Source: Takakia lepidozioides
Taxonomy: Eukaryota > Plantae > Bryophyta
Direction: 5' to 3'
Assembly (NCBI GenBank): GCA_030704615.1
Contig: CM060734.1
Location: 1,798,001-1,862,000, forward strand
Length of the DNA: 64,000 bases
Shown here piece by piece: positions 13,526 through 26,272 of this stretch. Numbering within the stretch: position 1 is the stretch's first letter; the number at the start of each line of letters is the position of its first letter. The notes under the pieces are model-generated. The model was not told the DNA's origin. It saw nothing but the letters and a program-made list of their open reading frames with translations, and did no database searches. Both the position numbers and the translations under genes were made by a program.

Positions 13526-14272
13526 ATGGCTGGGGGAAATGAGGACGTAATTGAAGGGCAGGTCTCATCTCTTAGCCTGTGCACACAAGGGGACAAGATT
13601 TATGTTTCCCAAGGAACTCAAACTGATTTGAGTGGAGAACAGTTGGACGAGTTGATTGCATACTGGGAGTCAGGCATTAGCAGTAGACAACAAACTGCTG
13701 TAGTTGGCGTTGAGGGCCTCAATATTGCCTTGGACAGTCAGAACTCTGTTGGAGCCAGCAGTTCTCCAGCTATAGGTGACATACCAAAGTGGGTGAAAGC
13801 TAGGCTGGAACACAGCCAAAGACAGCCCCGGGGACCAAGGTGTTCAGCCACAAGGCCGTGGTGTACTGGAGCAGAGGAGCAGGAGCTGCACAAGTTTGTG
13901 CAATCAGACATGGTTGCAACCGGACACGCTCTGCACAAGGCAACCACGAGCGGGGGTTCATTAGCAATGACAAGTTTGTTTTGCTTGAAGGAGATGCAGT
14001 CATTCGCAATGATGACACCCACAACCGTCTCAAAGCTTTCGAGTTGAGAGACTATCAGACCCTACCTTTGTTTTCTTTAGCGTTCAGTGAGCGGGAGATA
14101 GTAGAGTATTGCTTTGTCTCTACCTGGCAGAAAGAGGAGGAGGGTTGGTTAGAGCGAGCTATGTAGCTTGGGAAAGGTTAATGGCAGGTTTCTGGACATA
14201 GATATACCTCCTACACCTTACCATCATGCAGAGCGAGGTACTTTGAGAGAAGTCTGGCAGTTGATAGCATAG
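13526..14272 (+). CDS. Subfamily-A-specific upstream ORF (ORF0, ~245 aa, unknown function, frameshifted as given)
   Basis: Conserved at 62131-62879 with synonymous and conservative changes (CAA/CAG, ATT/ATC, D/E, I/V); absent from copies 2 and 3. Confidence 0.6.
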
Positions 14273-14811
14273 ATCAAGATTAGATCTTGCTTGGTCGGCC
14301 TTCTATTCTTCCCCTCCATCTCTGTACTATTTTCATTACCTTGTACTTGTAGTTGCCAAAGCCTCTCTTGGTGGAGGCCAGTCAGTCCGGGGTTTTGAGC
14401 TGGGCTATTCTGCAGGATCAGCATTGCAGCTGGATTTTGGGTGGGGGGGGTGTTGATGTTTTGATTTCTTGTGTTTGGATCCCCCCCAACACCTGCATGT
14501 TTGACTGTGCGCCATGTTGGTTTTGTGTGGGCGCTTGCTTTCATAGGGATTAGGCCGGATTTGATCACCGGTCAATCCTAGAGTATGTTATCGGTGGTGA
14601 GGCTGGAGTGATGACCAGCAAGACCACCAGTGTTTCTTCTATGGTGAGACTGGGTTGATGACCAGCCAACCATAGGAGTTCTTGCGGTGGATGCAGGTGC
14701 AGGTGCCCTGAGCCATGGGATATGACCCTTAAAACTGCAACAGGTGCCTACCGTGTCACTATTAGAATTAGTAATAGAGTCTTATAGTGTCACGTGGGGG
14801 AGGTGCACATT

Positions 14812-17800
14812 GTGAGTGTCATCACGGAGTTACCCAGGGGTTTGAGGGGAGTACGGCTACAGGCAGTAGTAGCAGTGAGAGTGGGTTTCACCAGACGAGG
14901 TGTTTGTTTCAGACCACCTTCACCTCCACCCTCAACTAGTGCAGAGTCAGACACAGACTCGGAGGCTTCATCAACAGGAGTGCAGTTTCATTCGCCATTG
15001 TTGTGGGGACGACATGGAGGAGATGTATGGAGCTACCAAGGGGCCTCGTAGGTACTCTGGAGCTGTGGGCACAATCGAGTTGGATGACTTTATCCAGGAG
15101 TTCGACAGCTGGTGTGATTTGCAGCAGATGCGCAATCACAATCTATTCACCCCATTCATGGCGTGGAAGGGACTGTTCCAGCATTTGGAAGGCCCGCCTA
15201 TGGACGATTACCACGAGTTCAGGCGAGGACATGAAGCAGAGATTGAGGAGTGGAGGATGTATTGGTCACCTGACTACGTCTCCATTACTCGAGGCATGAC
15301 GCGACCAGTAGCTGCATCAGTACCAATATCTCCCATTGCCAGCACTAGTAGTGGAACAAGTAGTGCCGGTACTTCTGCAGGTGGTACCAGTTCAAAAGGT
15401 GCTACTACTCCTCCTGCCACGACTACAACACATGTGCCTAGATTCAACCCGGTGGTGGAGTTCTTCCAGGAGTTGCGGAGGAACTACCAAGGTGTACGGA
15501 CAGAGAAGCTGCGAAGTTTGCAAGACTTCCAGCGCAAACCCAATGAGAGCCTGCGAGAGGCGTACACTCGTATGAGGCGCTTGATAAGTGTGACCCAAGG
15601 GGTTACTGAAGCTCAAGCAATCCAGTTCTGGTATGGAATTTTGGACAAGGAGCTCAGGAGAAGGGTGCGGGATGCAACCCTGTTACAAGCAGCCCAACCC
15701 ACATTAGAAGAAGTGTTTCTGCTGGCTGCCGGATTGAGCTCAACATGGTGGAGGAGTGAGTTGTTACCATTGGATTTGGCAAGGACATGCCTGCACGAGG
15801 CGCAGCTGCCAGCCAATAGGGGCACAAGGGACTGCAAAACAGCGTGGTCAGGGGGGCAAGGTTTCCCAACCCAAGTTCCATGGAGCTTACAGGGGACCTC
15901 AGGTGCAGAGGCCCATGGCATCTTTTGCAGGGCCAAACAGCAACCAGGGGTGATATGTTGGACATGTGGAGGACCCCCTGTCAAGAGAGATTGCACAGAG
16001 AGTGGCAGAAGGCCGGCCAAGCACAGCCTGCACAGTTGCAGTGTGGGCATTGTGGCAAGTATGGGCATGGAGAATGCCCAGTGTTATGACTGCATCTGAG
16101 TTGCGCCCAGGCCAGTTCCAGGGAACAATGGTGGCCGGGGGTGAGGTGGACCAGCCCAGAGAGGACGAGGTGGTCGGGCACGAGGTGCAGACAAGGGCAA
16201 GCTCAACATGGCCAAGGACGCGGAGGTCAGGGTGTTGACCAAGGCATGGCCCAAACCGGCTTCAGCAGCTAGAGCAGAGGCTCGCTGCATGGCTACAGCT
16301 CAGGCGCGTGGTACCGAGCTCCCAGGAGGGATGGTCCGCCTCCTGCGCCTGAGGGAGGAGATATGGGAGGCATGGGATTCATGTGCGGAGCAGCACTACC
16401 ACTAGTGCAGGTGGAGTCTGTTGCAGCCATGACTCGAGGAGCAGCACGAGTTCCTGAGCCACGAGGTGCAGAGGTGGAATTGGATCCACAGCGTGGGGAG
16501 GCAAAGCCGTCAGGCGAGGCTTCTCAGTCATTCACATTGGCGGAGACTGTGTCGACGCCATCCATGGCACCTAGTTCTCGTCCGACTGTTACCGAGGCGG
16601 AGGTTACTATGTCATTGGGGAGAGCACACGTGCAGCACTGATACCTGCTACCAAGGCTAGTGCAGCCGGTGTGTTAGGGGGGCAGCCACCTCTGTGTGTC
16701 AAGCCCCACTTTTCTCGGCAACCATGATTGCGATGCCGGGGGTAAGGCTACCTGCAGTATTCAGACTAGCAGCAACACTCTATGAGTGTGGGGAGGTCAC
16801 TTAATCTTCTACGGAGTTACTGGAACGTGGTGTGGCAGAGGGATCCTCATATTTGAGGGTCAAGACTGCCACGGCTGCGCCGTGGCAAGCTGCAGCTGCC
16901 AAGTTGACGGAGTGGCCAGCTAGGCCAGCCTTTGAGCGCGCCATGGTGACACCTGGAGTTGTCTTGTTAGACAACCAGGATGGCATTTTCTCTTTGAGTG
17001 GACCGGCAGCAAGAAGTACCGGCCACTTCGGGTCTTGTTGGATTTGGGAGGATCAGAGCAGGTCTCGGGGCATGACACGGCGTGATTTGGCCATTGGACA
17101 CAAGTAGATCATCCTGTAGATGGCTCAGTGATGCGAGCCAAGGCCATTTGTGACAGACGCGGCCTTACAATGTCTCGTTGGTGGGGCAGTGTTATATCCC
17201 TGGGCTTCACCCTGGACTTTTGGGAGGAAGTCAACATCCTACAGGCCTGGATGGCAGTCAGGGGATAGTCGTCGTGCACAGCTCCCTGTGACATTCATTG
17301 GGGGTATTGCGGCGAATAAGGGGCAAGATGCCAACACTAGCCGCCTTTACAGCTACAGTTAGTTGGCCTGGAGAGTTGCTGAAGGCATGCCCATGACAGA
17401 GGATGTGTCACCTCCAGAAAAGCAGGATGACATGCATGGTATGGCGGAGTGAGTGCCTGCCATGGTTGCTCATACTCCATTGTGGGGTACGAGCAAGGAT
17501 TTGTAGCAGGTTGCTGATCGACGGGTGCAACAAGCCTGGGTAGAGGCTTTTGTACCGTCAGGAGAGGCGGATGAGGATTGAGGGGTATTGCACAGGACCA
17601 CCTCAGTTTTCACCATTGGATACACACCTATTGTGTGGCAGTATATGGATGAAGGCATTTGCCTTATGGACTTGTGGCTGGATCAGCACCGGATTGGCTG
17701 CTGTGCTACAGGCAGGTGTGCGGGAAGGCGTGTGTTACCTGTATGTGGAGATGGATGAGACTGACACGATGCATCTCACTGCGGCCAGGTAGCTTAGTTG

Positions 17801-18944
17801 GATACAGCAGTACCCTGACTTGTTGCCTGTGTCTGCAGTTCGTGGGATACCAACAAGCCTTGCCAGCAGACATTTCCTTGTTGGGGGCGCAGGATTTGGG
17901 GTAGGTTGGCTCCATTGATCTGATAGTGGCAGGTTGGCCCTGCCAAGAGCATTCATCAGCCGAGCATGGCAATGGATTGCGAGACTCGAGGACGGGTCTG
18001 TTTTGGGAGATGGTGCGCGGTTTGTGCCACTTGCAGCTTCATCAAGCTGTATCTCCAGCATACATCTTGGAGGAAAATGTGCCAATCGATGGGTATTCTG
18101 GGGCCAGAGTGATGGCCAGTGTGCATCAAGTCCGGTCGTGGCTTGGGTCAGCAGTGTTGCTGGAAGGCAGCTGCAAGTGGGGTCACGGGCTCATCGTCCA
18201 CGGCTTTGGTGGACAACTTAATGCCACCCGCAATGCTCAAGCGTGCATTTGCATGGGGTTTTTATTGCAGGCGGCCAATAGCAACCTCACCGTGGTGATG
18301 GAATTTTGGAAAAGGGAGGCAGTCTCAACGTGTGGACACGATTGACGTTCGCCTTTGGAGTGGGTAAACAGGGTGGGGTCAACCAAGAGCAGTGGGTCAA
18401 CCACGAGCAGCATTAACTACACTACTCAGCTTCCCAGGATCCCATGCTTTTCGGGATGGTGGACCTGGCGTCTTGTGGGATAGCCAGTTGCAACAGTTAG
18501 TGGAGCCTAATGCCGATGAGCGAGAGCGGGCTATGGGATTTTCCACTGGGACCACGGCGGTGCCTTCTCTTTCTGAGGCATCACGTCGTCAGGTGTTGGG
18601 GCAAGCAATGGATCTCAATTGCTTGACCTCGATTATCAGCTTGGCTATGGCCGAACAACGTAGAGTGCGGAGTGCACTTCCCTTGACGGTCTCTCTCTGC
18701 CTACCGAGACGGTACAGGCAGCGAGTGGGGGCGAGCCGGTGAAGACCACGGGTGTAGACATCCATGGCTCACGTGGGAGGTGCTCGAGGTTCAGAGGGAG
18801 TTGGCAGCCAAGGCAGCTGTGATGGATGAGGTTGGGGATTCTTCTCGGGCTGAGGAGGTTCTCAATGATGAGATGATGGGGCAGGATGAGGCCTTATCAT
18901 TGACTGAGCAAGAAGGGAGTACTGCTCAAGAGGTTGCAGCATAG
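14812..18944 (+). pseudogene. gag - protease - DNMT polyprotein of copy 1 (frameshifted)
   Basis: gag (MEEMYGATKGPRRYSG..., QRKPNESLREAYTRM), Zn knuckles (CWTC.., CGHCGKYGH), degenerate protease, DNMT motifs (GWPCQ, ENV, ERERAMGF, LGQAM); ends at TAG 18942-18944. Confidence 0.85.
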
Positions 18945-21900
18945 CAACCACGGGACGCGTCCTCTACCTCTAAGCCCACTGGACTTAACGTTGCAGTTAC
19001 GGAGGACAATTGGGAGCCTGACATTGGACCCATTGTCACCGGAGGAGAGAGACGACGAATACGGCGGTTCCTGAGGGCTTACAGGAATTGCCTTTGCCTT
19101 CAGTTTGAAGGACTTGGGAGCACTGAAGGGTCAAGAGATTCGCATTGAATTGGCTACTACTGACACGCCAATCTTTCGGAGACCCTATAGATACAGTGAC
19201 ATGGAGAGGTCCTTGATTCAGATGAGAACTCAGGATCTTTGGGAGGCTGGTTTGGTGGAGCTATCTGGGGGAGAGTATGCTTCAGCCACAGTGATGCCAG
19301 CCAAGAAGGATGTCTATGGCAATTGGACGGAGAGACGTATGTGCGGTGATTACCGGCCTGTAAATCGTTAGACCAAGTCCGATAGGTATGCCATGCCGAC
19401 ACCAGATGAGATCTTTGATGCCATTGGGCATTCCAAGGTCTTTAGCACGTTGGATTTACGATCCGGATATCACCAGTTGCCGATCAAGGAGGCGGATAAG
19501 CAAAAGACGGCATTCTGGGGGATCAATGAGCATGGGAAGGATTGCCTATACCAGTGGCGGTTCTTACCATTTGGGCTTAAAAACGCTCCTGCTGAGTTTC
19601 AAAGGGTCATGGACAGGATTCTAGCAGGGGTGGAGTTTGCTTGGTGCTACATAGATGACATCATCATCTTTAGTGCTACGGTGGAGGAGCATGAGAAGAC
19701 ACCTTCAGGGGTATTTGAGGCGCTTGAGGACGCACGGATTGAAGTTACATCCGGGAAAGTGCAAGTTTTTCTACAACCAGATTGAGTATCTGGGTCACAT
19801 GATATATCCTGGAGGATTGGGGGTACAGCAGACTAAGGTAAAGTCCATTGCACAGGTTCCACGCCCCACGGATGTGAGCTGAGTTCGAGCTTTCATGGGG
19901 TTAGCAAACTATACAGACGGTTTGTTAAGGGATTTAGTGCCATTGCAAAGGCTCTAACCAAGCTGACCAAGGTGGACCAGGAGTGGCAGTGGGAAGATGA
20001 GCAAGAACAAGCTTTTCAAGAGCTCAAGGCGAGGTTGACCTCGGCGCCCATCTTGAGACGACCTATTAGGGGGCGTCCTTTTCAGCTGCATACAGATTGG
20101 AGCATGCTGGGGCTTGGAGCGGTGTTCACACAGGTGGATGATGAGGGAAGAGAGTTCGTTGTGGTTTACGCTAGCCGCTCGAACAACATTGCAGAGTCTA
20201 AATATAGCTCATATGAGGGAGAATGCTTAGCTGCAGTGTGGGCCGTGGCACATTTCAGGTGCTATCTATACGGCAATCTCTTCACCCTGGTCACGGATCA
20301 CCAACCACTCAAGTGGTTGATGGAGTCAGACAAGCTTACGGGAAAGCTTGCACGGTGGGCACTCATCCTTCAAGAGTATGACTTTCAGGTGGTGCATCGA
20401 CCGGGTTTGGTCATCGCAATGCAGATGGGTTGAGTTACAATCCATGCATGAGCCAGCAGGATGACACTGGAGCTCGGTGGCATGGTGAGACGGACGAGGA
20501 GATGGTGACCGGATGGCATGCATCTGCATTTCTGTGTATCTTGGCAGCGGAAGGCCAGGTTGGACCTGCAACAGGGATGACTGTAGATCAAGTGTCTAAG
20601 GACCCTGAGGCCAGCAATGAGCAAGGTGGCGCCAAAGATATACATGAGGATTCAGTTGTGTTGGACTACCTCCGCACTGAAGACACTGCAGCCATTGTGA
20701 CTGCCAAGGAGAGGGATCGGATCCTACAACGAGCCAAGAGGTTCAAGTGGGAGGGGACACACCTGCTCCGAGTGTGGGAGGATGGTCGAGTGAGGATTGT
20801 GCCTCACCCAACATAGCGGGCACGGTTAGTGCGGCATGCCCATGAGGAGTTGGGGCATTTTGGGGTGCGACGCACCATAGTCTACTGCAGGGGCAGTATT
20901 GGTGGCGTGGTATGCACAGAGAGGTGCAACAATTTGTGGCTAGGTGCATGGTGTGTCACAGGGTGCGTGCTTCATTCAACGCCCCTACTCCACAATTGCA
21001 CCCTCTTCCGATCATGGGATTGGGCTACAGGTGGAGTCTTGACTTCGCAGGGCCATTGCCACTGACCATGCGTCACAACAAGTACGTGTTAGTGATGGTG
21101 GAGCACTTCTCCAAGTGGATTGAGTTGGTTCCATTCATGCCTGATAAGGCTAGTGAGGGAGCTGCGTATTTCATTCTTGGATTGTGTGCTTAGCCGATTC
21201 GGTGCCTCCAGTTGAGGTACTCACGGACCAAGGGAGAGAGTTCTTGGGGTGTTTTTTCAGGCTTTGTGTGAGAAGGCCTTGATAGAGAACCACCGCACCA
21301 CTTCTCGGGATCATCCTGAGGCCGATGGCTTGGCAGAGAGAGTTGTTCAGACAGTAAAGAGAGGTTTGCGCAAGTATGGCTTGCAGAAGGGACACCTAGG
21401 AGATTGGGACCTTCAGTTACCCTGGTTGGCCATGGGCTACAGGTTCAGCAAGCAAGCATCACTTGCCTCCTTCTCACCAATACTTTCTTCTCTTTCGGCC
21501 GAGAGCCGGATTTGCCTGCATCCATTCACAGAGAATGCTGCTACAGTTCTTAACCTTGACGATCCGGACGTGTGGGCACGTGCATTGTGAGCAGCTTGCA
21601 GAGTTGTTCAAGAAAAGTCATGGCCTGCCCATGGCTTTCGAGAACCTTGCCATTGCACAACATCGTGATACGTTGAGGTATGCTACCATACATCGTGGTG
21701 GGGGCTATCGTCCCTGGGGGTTCGAGATTCAACCCCTGGTGACTATGTCTATCTGCAGCAGACTGCTCCTACGACCTTGGATGTGACTGCAGGACGTGTT
21801 ATTTTGAGGGTTCGAGAGGTCTTGCCCTCAAGGCGTCTTGGTCTTGGAGGGTCGGGATGGCATAACTTGAAGGACCATGTGCGTAATTGTGCGCCATGTC

Positions 21901-22109
21901 ACCTTCCGAATGTCGATTGGCAGGATTGACCCAACCTGGCAGTGGTATCTGCAGGTTTGAGGTGCATGTTGTGTGGGTCTGCTAGAGGGGCAGCCACCAT
22001 GCTGGTGTGTGATCGATGCTCCTAGAGGGTTGGCATATGGGCTGCTTGACTCCACCTCTTGAGATGGTTCCGGATGGGGGATTGGTTATGTCCACATTGC
22101 ATTGGATAG
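18945..22109 (+). pseudogene. RT - RNase H - integrase - PHD of copy 1 (frameshifted)
   Basis: LDLRSGYHQ, LPFGLKNAP, YIDD; TDWS..ECLAAVWA..TDHQPL; HHCC, LDFAGP, TDQG, AERVVQTVK; C-terminal CMLC...CDRC...H..C...W.CPHC. Confidence 0.9.
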
Positions 22110-22369
22110 TGGGAGTGGATACAACCATGGAGGGCTAACAAGAAACGCAAGGTCAAGCTACTAGGGGACCTTGAACACACGAGGTCTTGACTCAAGTTCA
22201 TAGATTGCAAGACGGCGACTAGCGATGGGGCTATTCTTGTACCCGGCTTCTTGGTCTATAGAGTTTGAGTACAACAGGGACAGTGATAGAGGACTTAGTA
22301 CAGCTGTGGCTATTACATCTTGTAGCTATCTGGAGTTAGAGGGACCTATCCACCAGCTAGGGGGGCGAT

Positions 22370-22900
22370 TGTGGCAGACTACTTTATTGTGCATATATGT
22401 GTGGTGTGGTTTGGACAGCGATGGAGTTATGTAGCGATACGTATGCGCACGACAGCTGTCAAGTTAAATAAGCACAGTGTGAAAACAACTAGAATAAAGC
22501 TAGTTATTTGTATTTAACACTTGGATTTAGGTCGAGTGTTAAATCAGGTGTCAAGTTTAGTTTGACACCTGAAACCGCCCTTATCTTATCTTCACGAGAG
22601 CGGCAGTCGCGCAGCTCATCTCTCTCGAGTTGAGCCTGTGCGACCGAGCTCCTTCATCGTTTAGAACTGAGTGTGCTTATGATGGGATGATAGGTTGATG
22701 TGGGGTGGAGTCCCCATAGCTTGGGGTGCCCTTGGCTCGACTATTATCTTAAAGAGTGATAGCGATGGATTTCATGTTTCTTGTGTGAACAGTGTGTTCT
22801 TAGCTTTCTATTGATTGTGGCAGACTACTTTATTGTGCATATATGTGTGGTGTGGTTTGGACAACGATGTAGTTATATAGCGATACGTATGCGCACGACA
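22370..22900 (+). repeat. 3' terminal B1-gc-A2-B2 block of copy 1
   Basis: B1 22370-22454 (85 bp), GC 22455-22456, A2 22457-22815, B2 22816-22900 (85 bp; 3 differences from B1 by eye). Confidence 0.93.
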
Positions 22901-23349
22901 ACAAAATCATTTGCCTCCCCATCGACGCGCTCAGCCCTCAACCCATTCGAGAATTTAAATGAATTTGAAGCCAATAATTAGGTTAACACTGCCTTTCATT
23001 GGGGATTTCTGCCACGTATCGATTTTTTTTTTTTTTTTTTTTGGGCTGAATTTTGTTCTACGGCTTCAAATCTCCCACCGCTACATCCCTGCCAAAATTT
23101 GGACCAATACACATGATAAAAAAAAAATGTTGTCTTCACTCATTATTGCAGAACTCTCTGTGAAGAGTGCATGAAGTAAAACACAAAATCAAGTTTGGAG
23201 TGCAAACCACAGGGAAGAAATTGTGGTTCCCCGGTCCCAAATGAATTTGGTTCCCTCCCAAATTTGGCACGCACAGTGCATATGGAGTCATTACACATAT
23301 GGTTCAGAAACGGAATGAAAAAAAATTCATGAGCACGCGAAACGCAGTC

Positions 23350-23760
23350 CAACAAGTCCCAGAGTAATATCAAATCCAACGGAATTCATTCAATGGGTGA
23401 ACGGATGGTTGCCCATCCAAATCATTTTTGTTTGCTTTCAAACTTTGCCAGTATGTTCGAGAAACCCTCTTACAGGTCCCGTACTAATATAGATCAATCG
23501 AAATTCATTCGATTTGGCTCAACGGATGGTTGCCCATCAAAATGATTTCCGTTCGCTTTGAGACTTGGCCAGTATGTTCAATATAAACCATCTAAGAGGT
23601 CCCAGAGTAATATGAGAATGAAACGAAATTCGTTCAATGGGCCCAACGGATGGTTTGCCCATCCAAAATGAGTTTTTGTTCGCTTCGAGACTTGGCCAGC
23701 CGCCTGTTCAACCGTACCATCTGACAGGTCCCAGAGCAATAAGAGAATCGAAATCGAATT
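23350..23760. repeat. ~120-bp tandem satellite, right block
   Basis: Same unit as 10735-11150. Confidence 0.85.
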
Positions 23761-24179
23761 ATTTTTTTGTGCTTCTTTCGAGAACTTTTGTGGTATGTTT
23801 CGTCATACGTAGATAGATCATAGAATTTTGCGAAATGATTATGAAATACGCAGGGACTAGACAAAATTTTTGTTTTTTGGAAAGACGAACCATTTCGTAA
23901 CTCGTTATAACTTATTGGTTTACGTTAAATTTTCCTTAGAATCTCCAAACTTTCGGAGTTCATTGCAGATACCCACATAAACGTCATGACAAAATATGAT
24001 TCAAGCCATTGACGCCACAAGAAAAGCAAAGATGACGCTTGAATGGATTATGCCCTTTATTGCGGAGAAGAATATCCATAACATTAAATCTTAAACTAAC
24101 TACTCTAAATAACTATTAAAAACTTAAAACTGCCCCAACAAGAGAAGATTCAATACGAGGAGGTCGGAAACGAAGATGT

Positions 24180-26272
24180 CCAGTCACAGTAGGGACCATG
24201 CGGCTTGGACACCACAAATTCTTTTACCAAAAAAATGTCTCTTTCTACCTCCAGACCCTGCAACCTTGCTTTCACAGTTCCAATAAAAATCAGAGTGCAA
24301 AATCGAGATATCTCTGTAGAAACACTTTTGGACTCAGGGGCTTCAACATGTTTTATTGACAAAAACTTTGCGAAGCAATACAATTTAACGCTCGTAAAGA
24401 ATAAACTCTCGGCCCCGTTGAAGTCATCGATGGACCGACCGTTAGCATCAGGAAATGTTGACCATGAAACTTGACCACTTGAAGTGAAGCTTGAAGATCA
24501 AGCATCACGTATTGTTTTGAACATCATCCAGTCTGCAACGAATCTTGTGATCCTTGGACTTCCCTAGTTCGTACTTCACAATCCTGACATCGACTGGCAA
24601 TCGCGAAAAATTTCTAAAAGACAAAAATGTAGAAATATCAAAGGTATTCAACCCATGTTCCTTGGAGCTAGAGCTTTCGTGAGAGCTACCAAAAATGATG
24701 CGGCATTTGCAGTTTATGCGACTCTGATCAAGACCACAACAGACAAAGGTACTTCGACATTACCCACTCAATATCAAGCTTTCAATGATGTCTTCGAGAA
24801 GAAAAATGCAGACATATTGCCAGAACATCGACCTTATGACTGTGCAATTGAGTTACAATAAGGAGCCCAACCACCTTTCGGCCCAATCTATAACTTATCC
24901 CAGACGGAGTTGGCTGCATTACGTGAGTACATTGATGAAAATTTGTCGAAGAAATTCATCCGACATTCAAAATCACCTGCGGGGGCGCCTATCTTGTTTG
25001 TGAAAAAGAAGGATGGATTATTACGTATGTGTGTGGACTATTGCGGTCTCAACAAAGTCACAATTAAGAATCGTTATCCGTTGCCGCTGATTTCTGGGCT
25101 TCTCGACCAAGTGGAACGAGCGAAGATTTTCACCAAAATTGACTTGAGATGAGCTTATAACCTTGTACGGACAAAAGAAGGAGACGAATGGAAAAGAACT
25201 TTTTCGAACAATGTATGGACATTTTGAGTACATGTTATGCCCTTTTGGTCTTACAAATGCTCTAGCAATTTTCCAACATATGATGAATGACATCTTTCGA
25301 GAATTCTTAGATGATTTTGTAGTCATCTATTTAGACGACATTTTGATATTTTCACAGAATGAAGAAGAACATGGCCGCCATGTACGCCTTGTCCTTGATA
25401 AATTAAGAGAAAGATGACTATATGCCAAGTTGGAAAAATGTCTTTTCCATCAATCTGAGGGCGAATTTATGGGCTACATTATTTCCAACAAAGACGTCTT
25501 TATGGATCAGAAGAAAATACAAACCGTCATCGAGTGGATTAAACCAACTTCGGTCCGAGATGTACAATGTTTTCTGGGATTTGCAAATTTCTATAGAATC
25601 TTCATCAAGGACTACTCCAAAATTGCTGCACCATTGACACAACTCACAAGGAAGGACAAATTTGTATGGGACGAGAAGGCTGACCAAGCATTTGAAAAGC
25701 TGAAGCAGACATTTACAACGGCTCCAATACTGGTACATGCAAACCCATCTAAACCATTCTTTTTGGAAGCAGATGCATCGGACTTTGCACTTGGCGCGGT
25801 ACTCTCTCAATACGGTACATATGGCTGACTTCACCCTGTTGGTTTTCATTCTCGCAAATTTTCCGTTGCAGAGATCAATTATGAAATCCATGACAAAGAA
25901 CTTTTAGCGATTATCAATGCTTTTGAGGAGTGACGTCATGTATTTGAGGGAGCTAAATATCAGGTCATTGTCTATACTGATCACAAAAACCTCGAGTATT
26001 TTATGAGTGCTCGTGTTTTGAATCGACGTCAAGCGAGATGGAGTATGTCACTAATAATGTTTGATTTTGTTATTACTTACCGTCCCGGACATCTTCAAGG
26101 AAAACCAGATGCTCTTTCTCGACGATCGTATTTTGCGCCGAAAGAAGGGGATGCAGTTTTTGACCAACAAAAATCCATCATCTTGAAATCAGCAAATCTC
26201 CAATTGAATATGCTATACATGTCCACCTATGACAATGCAGAGATCATAAAGGAGATTCAGGAAGCACTGAAA
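24180..26272 (+). mobile_element. Degenerate Ty3/Gypsy (Tcn1/Tf2-like chromovirus-type) pol fragment
   Basis: [26 protein letters not shown] / YLDDIL, RNase [34 protein letters not shown]; many in-frame stops; cut off before the integrase. Confidence 0.92.

Larger units (their letters stand above)
11311..22900 (+). mobile_element. DNMT/PHD-encoding Ty3/Gypsy retrotransposon with split LTR, copy 1 (subfamily A), both ends present
   Basis: Starts TGTCAAG and ends GCACGACA; ACAA on both sides (11307-11310 and 22901-22904); gag, PR, DNMT, RT (YIDD), RNase H, integrase, PHD; PPT-like AGGGGGGCGA at 22359-22368; terminal structure A...B-gc-A-B. Confidence 0.93.

Noticed and set aside
11311-22900. 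Classification as DIRS/Ngaro/PAT because of split direct repeats and a methyltransferase
   Set aside because: No tyrosine recombinase is visible; the element has an aspartic protease, HHCC-DDE integrase, PPT and TSD, and the MTase is C5-type rather than adenine-type.
22370-22900. B-A-B as a chance tandem duplication or nested solo LTR
   Set aside because: The same arrangement with the same junctions occurs in two diverged subfamilies, all 5' ends start at A, and the TSD brackets A1 and B2.
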